From positions 1 through 43,954 of the forward strand of contig CAYQKZ010000002.1 in NCBI GenBank assembly GCA_964418135.1: 43,954 nucleotides of DNA. Direction: 5' to 3'. This document shows positions 42,981 to 43,954 of this stretch, piece after piece (position 1 is the stretch's first letter; every line of letters begins with the position of its first letter). The translations under genes and the position numbers were made by a program. A model generated the notes under the pieces. It made no database searches. It was not told where the DNA came from and saw nothing but the letters and a program-made list of their open reading frames with translations. The DNA comes from an uncultured Desulfobacterales bacterium (GTDB lineage: Bacteria > Desulfobacterota > Desulfobacteria > Desulfobacterales > Desulfatirhabdiaceae).

Positions 42981-43954
42981 TCAATAGGCATTGGTGCGCC
43001 AGGACGCGCTAAATACAGTCTTCGACAGAATTTTGATATCATTCCACAATGACCAGTTCCGAATATAAGCAATATCATATTTCAGCCGGGATTCAATTTT
43101 TTCCATCGTGTCGGTTTCGCCTCTGAAACCATGGAGCTGTGCAAGCCCTGTAATTCCAGGCTTGACTTTATGGCGCAGCATATAACCGGGCAGCAGTTTA
43201 CGATAGGTTTCATTCATGGCCACCGGATGGGGCCTGGGTCCGACCAGAGACATATCACCTTTAAGAACATTCAACAACTGCGGCAGTTCATCCAGACTGT
43301 ATTTTCGCAAAAATCCCCCCAGTCGAGTGATCCTTGGATCGTTTCGAGTGACCTGCTTAAAATCGTATCCGTCCTCAAGGACGGTCATGGTTCGGAATTT
43401 ATATATCTGAATCGGCTGGCCATTCAAGCCATACCGCCATTGTTTGAAAACAATCCGGCTGCTGTCAGTCAGTTTCAGGGCGATCCCGATACTCAGAAAA
43501 ATCGGTGAGAGCATTATCAGTGCCAATGCGGATATCGTTATATCGAATAGTCGTTTGACAAGCCTGTTGATACCGACAATCGGTGTTTCCTGAAGTGCAA
43601 TTACCGGAAAATATTCAAAATATGTCAAATATCCACCGATCATCAAATCGACGAAAAAAAGATCCGGCACAAAAAAAACCGATACAGTGGAGTCGCTCAA
43701 CAATCTCAGGACACTTTGAATTTTGGTTTGTTCGTTCATTGAAAGCGATATATAAACAATATCGACATGATGTTCTGCGACATACCGCGCAATCCGATCG
43801 AGTCCCCCCAGTAATTTTATTCTTTTGTATCGGGGAGTATGTTCATCAAAAAAACCCAGCAATTCCATCCCGGACCAGGGATTTTTCATGATCAATCCGG
43901 CCAGTTCTTCGCCAATATGATTGGCACCGACAATGATGGCTTTTTTGGTATTGA
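42981..43954 (-). CDS. polyprenyl-phosphate hexose-1-phosphate transferase (WcaJ/EpsB-type priming sugar transferase), 5' end beyond the window
   Basis: C-terminal bacterial sugar transferase domain ([24 protein letters not shown]). The frame stays open upstream of the listed TTG to the window edge ([20 protein letters not shown]), which matches the Rossmann-like N-domain of this family. Confidence 0.85.
   Translation of the reverse strand, partial: NTKKAIIVGANHIGEELAGLIMKNPWSGMELLGFFDEHTPRYKRIKLLGGLDRIARYVAEHHVDIVYISLSMNEQTKIQSVLRLLSDSTVSVFFVPDLFFVDLMIGGYLTYFEYFPVIALQETPIVGINRLVKRLFDITISALALIMLSPIFLSIGIALKLTDSSRIVFKQWRYGLNGQPIQIYKFRTMTVLEDGYDFKQVTRNDPRITRLGGFLRKYSLDELPQLLNVLKGDMSLVGPRPHPVAMNETYRKLLPGYMLRHKVKPGITGLAQLHGFRGETDTMEKIESRLKYDIAYIRNWSLWNDIKILSKTVFSASWRTNAY

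Noticed and set aside
1-43954. tRNA, rRNA, riboswitches (cobalamin, SAM, Moco), transposases, integrases, toxin-antitoxin pairs
   Set aside because: No cloverleaf-compatible segments, rRNA-like stretches or conserved riboswitch cores were seen. The B12-dependent, SAM-dependent and Mo-dependent genes have almost no 5' leaders, and no DDE, tyrosine-recombinase or serine-recombinase-like ORFs are present. This was a by-eye scan only, so small elements could have been missed.

Overview
Bacterial chromosomal window. Gene content suggests an anaerobic, radical-SAM-rich deltaproteobacterium, possibly Desulfobacterales-like, but that taxon call is inference only. Left part (1-6441): polyamine genes (CANSDH 3' end, nspC, a translationally coupled ATP-grasp ligase), a two-domain SAM methyltransferase, a secreted DUF3604/PHP-like protein and a PflX-type radical SAM enzyme. 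Middle part (6442-14620): a gene-poor, repeat-dense accessory stretch. It holds an orphan 1087-aa BrxC/PglY-like P-loop ATPase with no PglX/PglZ partner in view, two interspersed repeat families, gene remnants, a candidate structured small RNA, and a compact archease / beta-class N4-N6 methyltransferase / RtcB operon. Right part (14620-43954): a roughly 29-kb, almost entirely minus-strand surface-glycoconjugate locus of visibly mosaic base composition. In transcription order it encodes a priming sugar transferase (runs off the window), acyl-CoA ligase, Zn-ADH, UGM-like flavoenzyme, SPASM radical SAM, chorismate mutase/DAHP synthase and a cytoplasmic molybdopterin enzyme. These are followed by Wza, Wzc, Wzx, two LpxL-like acyltransferases, two B12-binding radical SAM enzymes, an NPP/AlkP-family enzyme, a secreted GH-A-like hydrolase, a Wzy/O-antigen-ligase-like protein, a sulfotransferase, GT9, a DUF362-ferredoxin and GT2. 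A strongly AT-rich islet with a Cys-rich GT-A-like ORF lies next to the locus. No rRNA, tRNA, CRISPR array, transposase or integrase was recognised. All family calls come from motifs read by eye; no database search was run. The best candidates for something undescribed are the archease-MTase-RtcB module, the orphan BrxC-like ATPase in its repeat-bounded pocket with the adjacent candidate sRNA, and the radical-SAM/sulfotransferase/acyltransferase-rich glycan locus.
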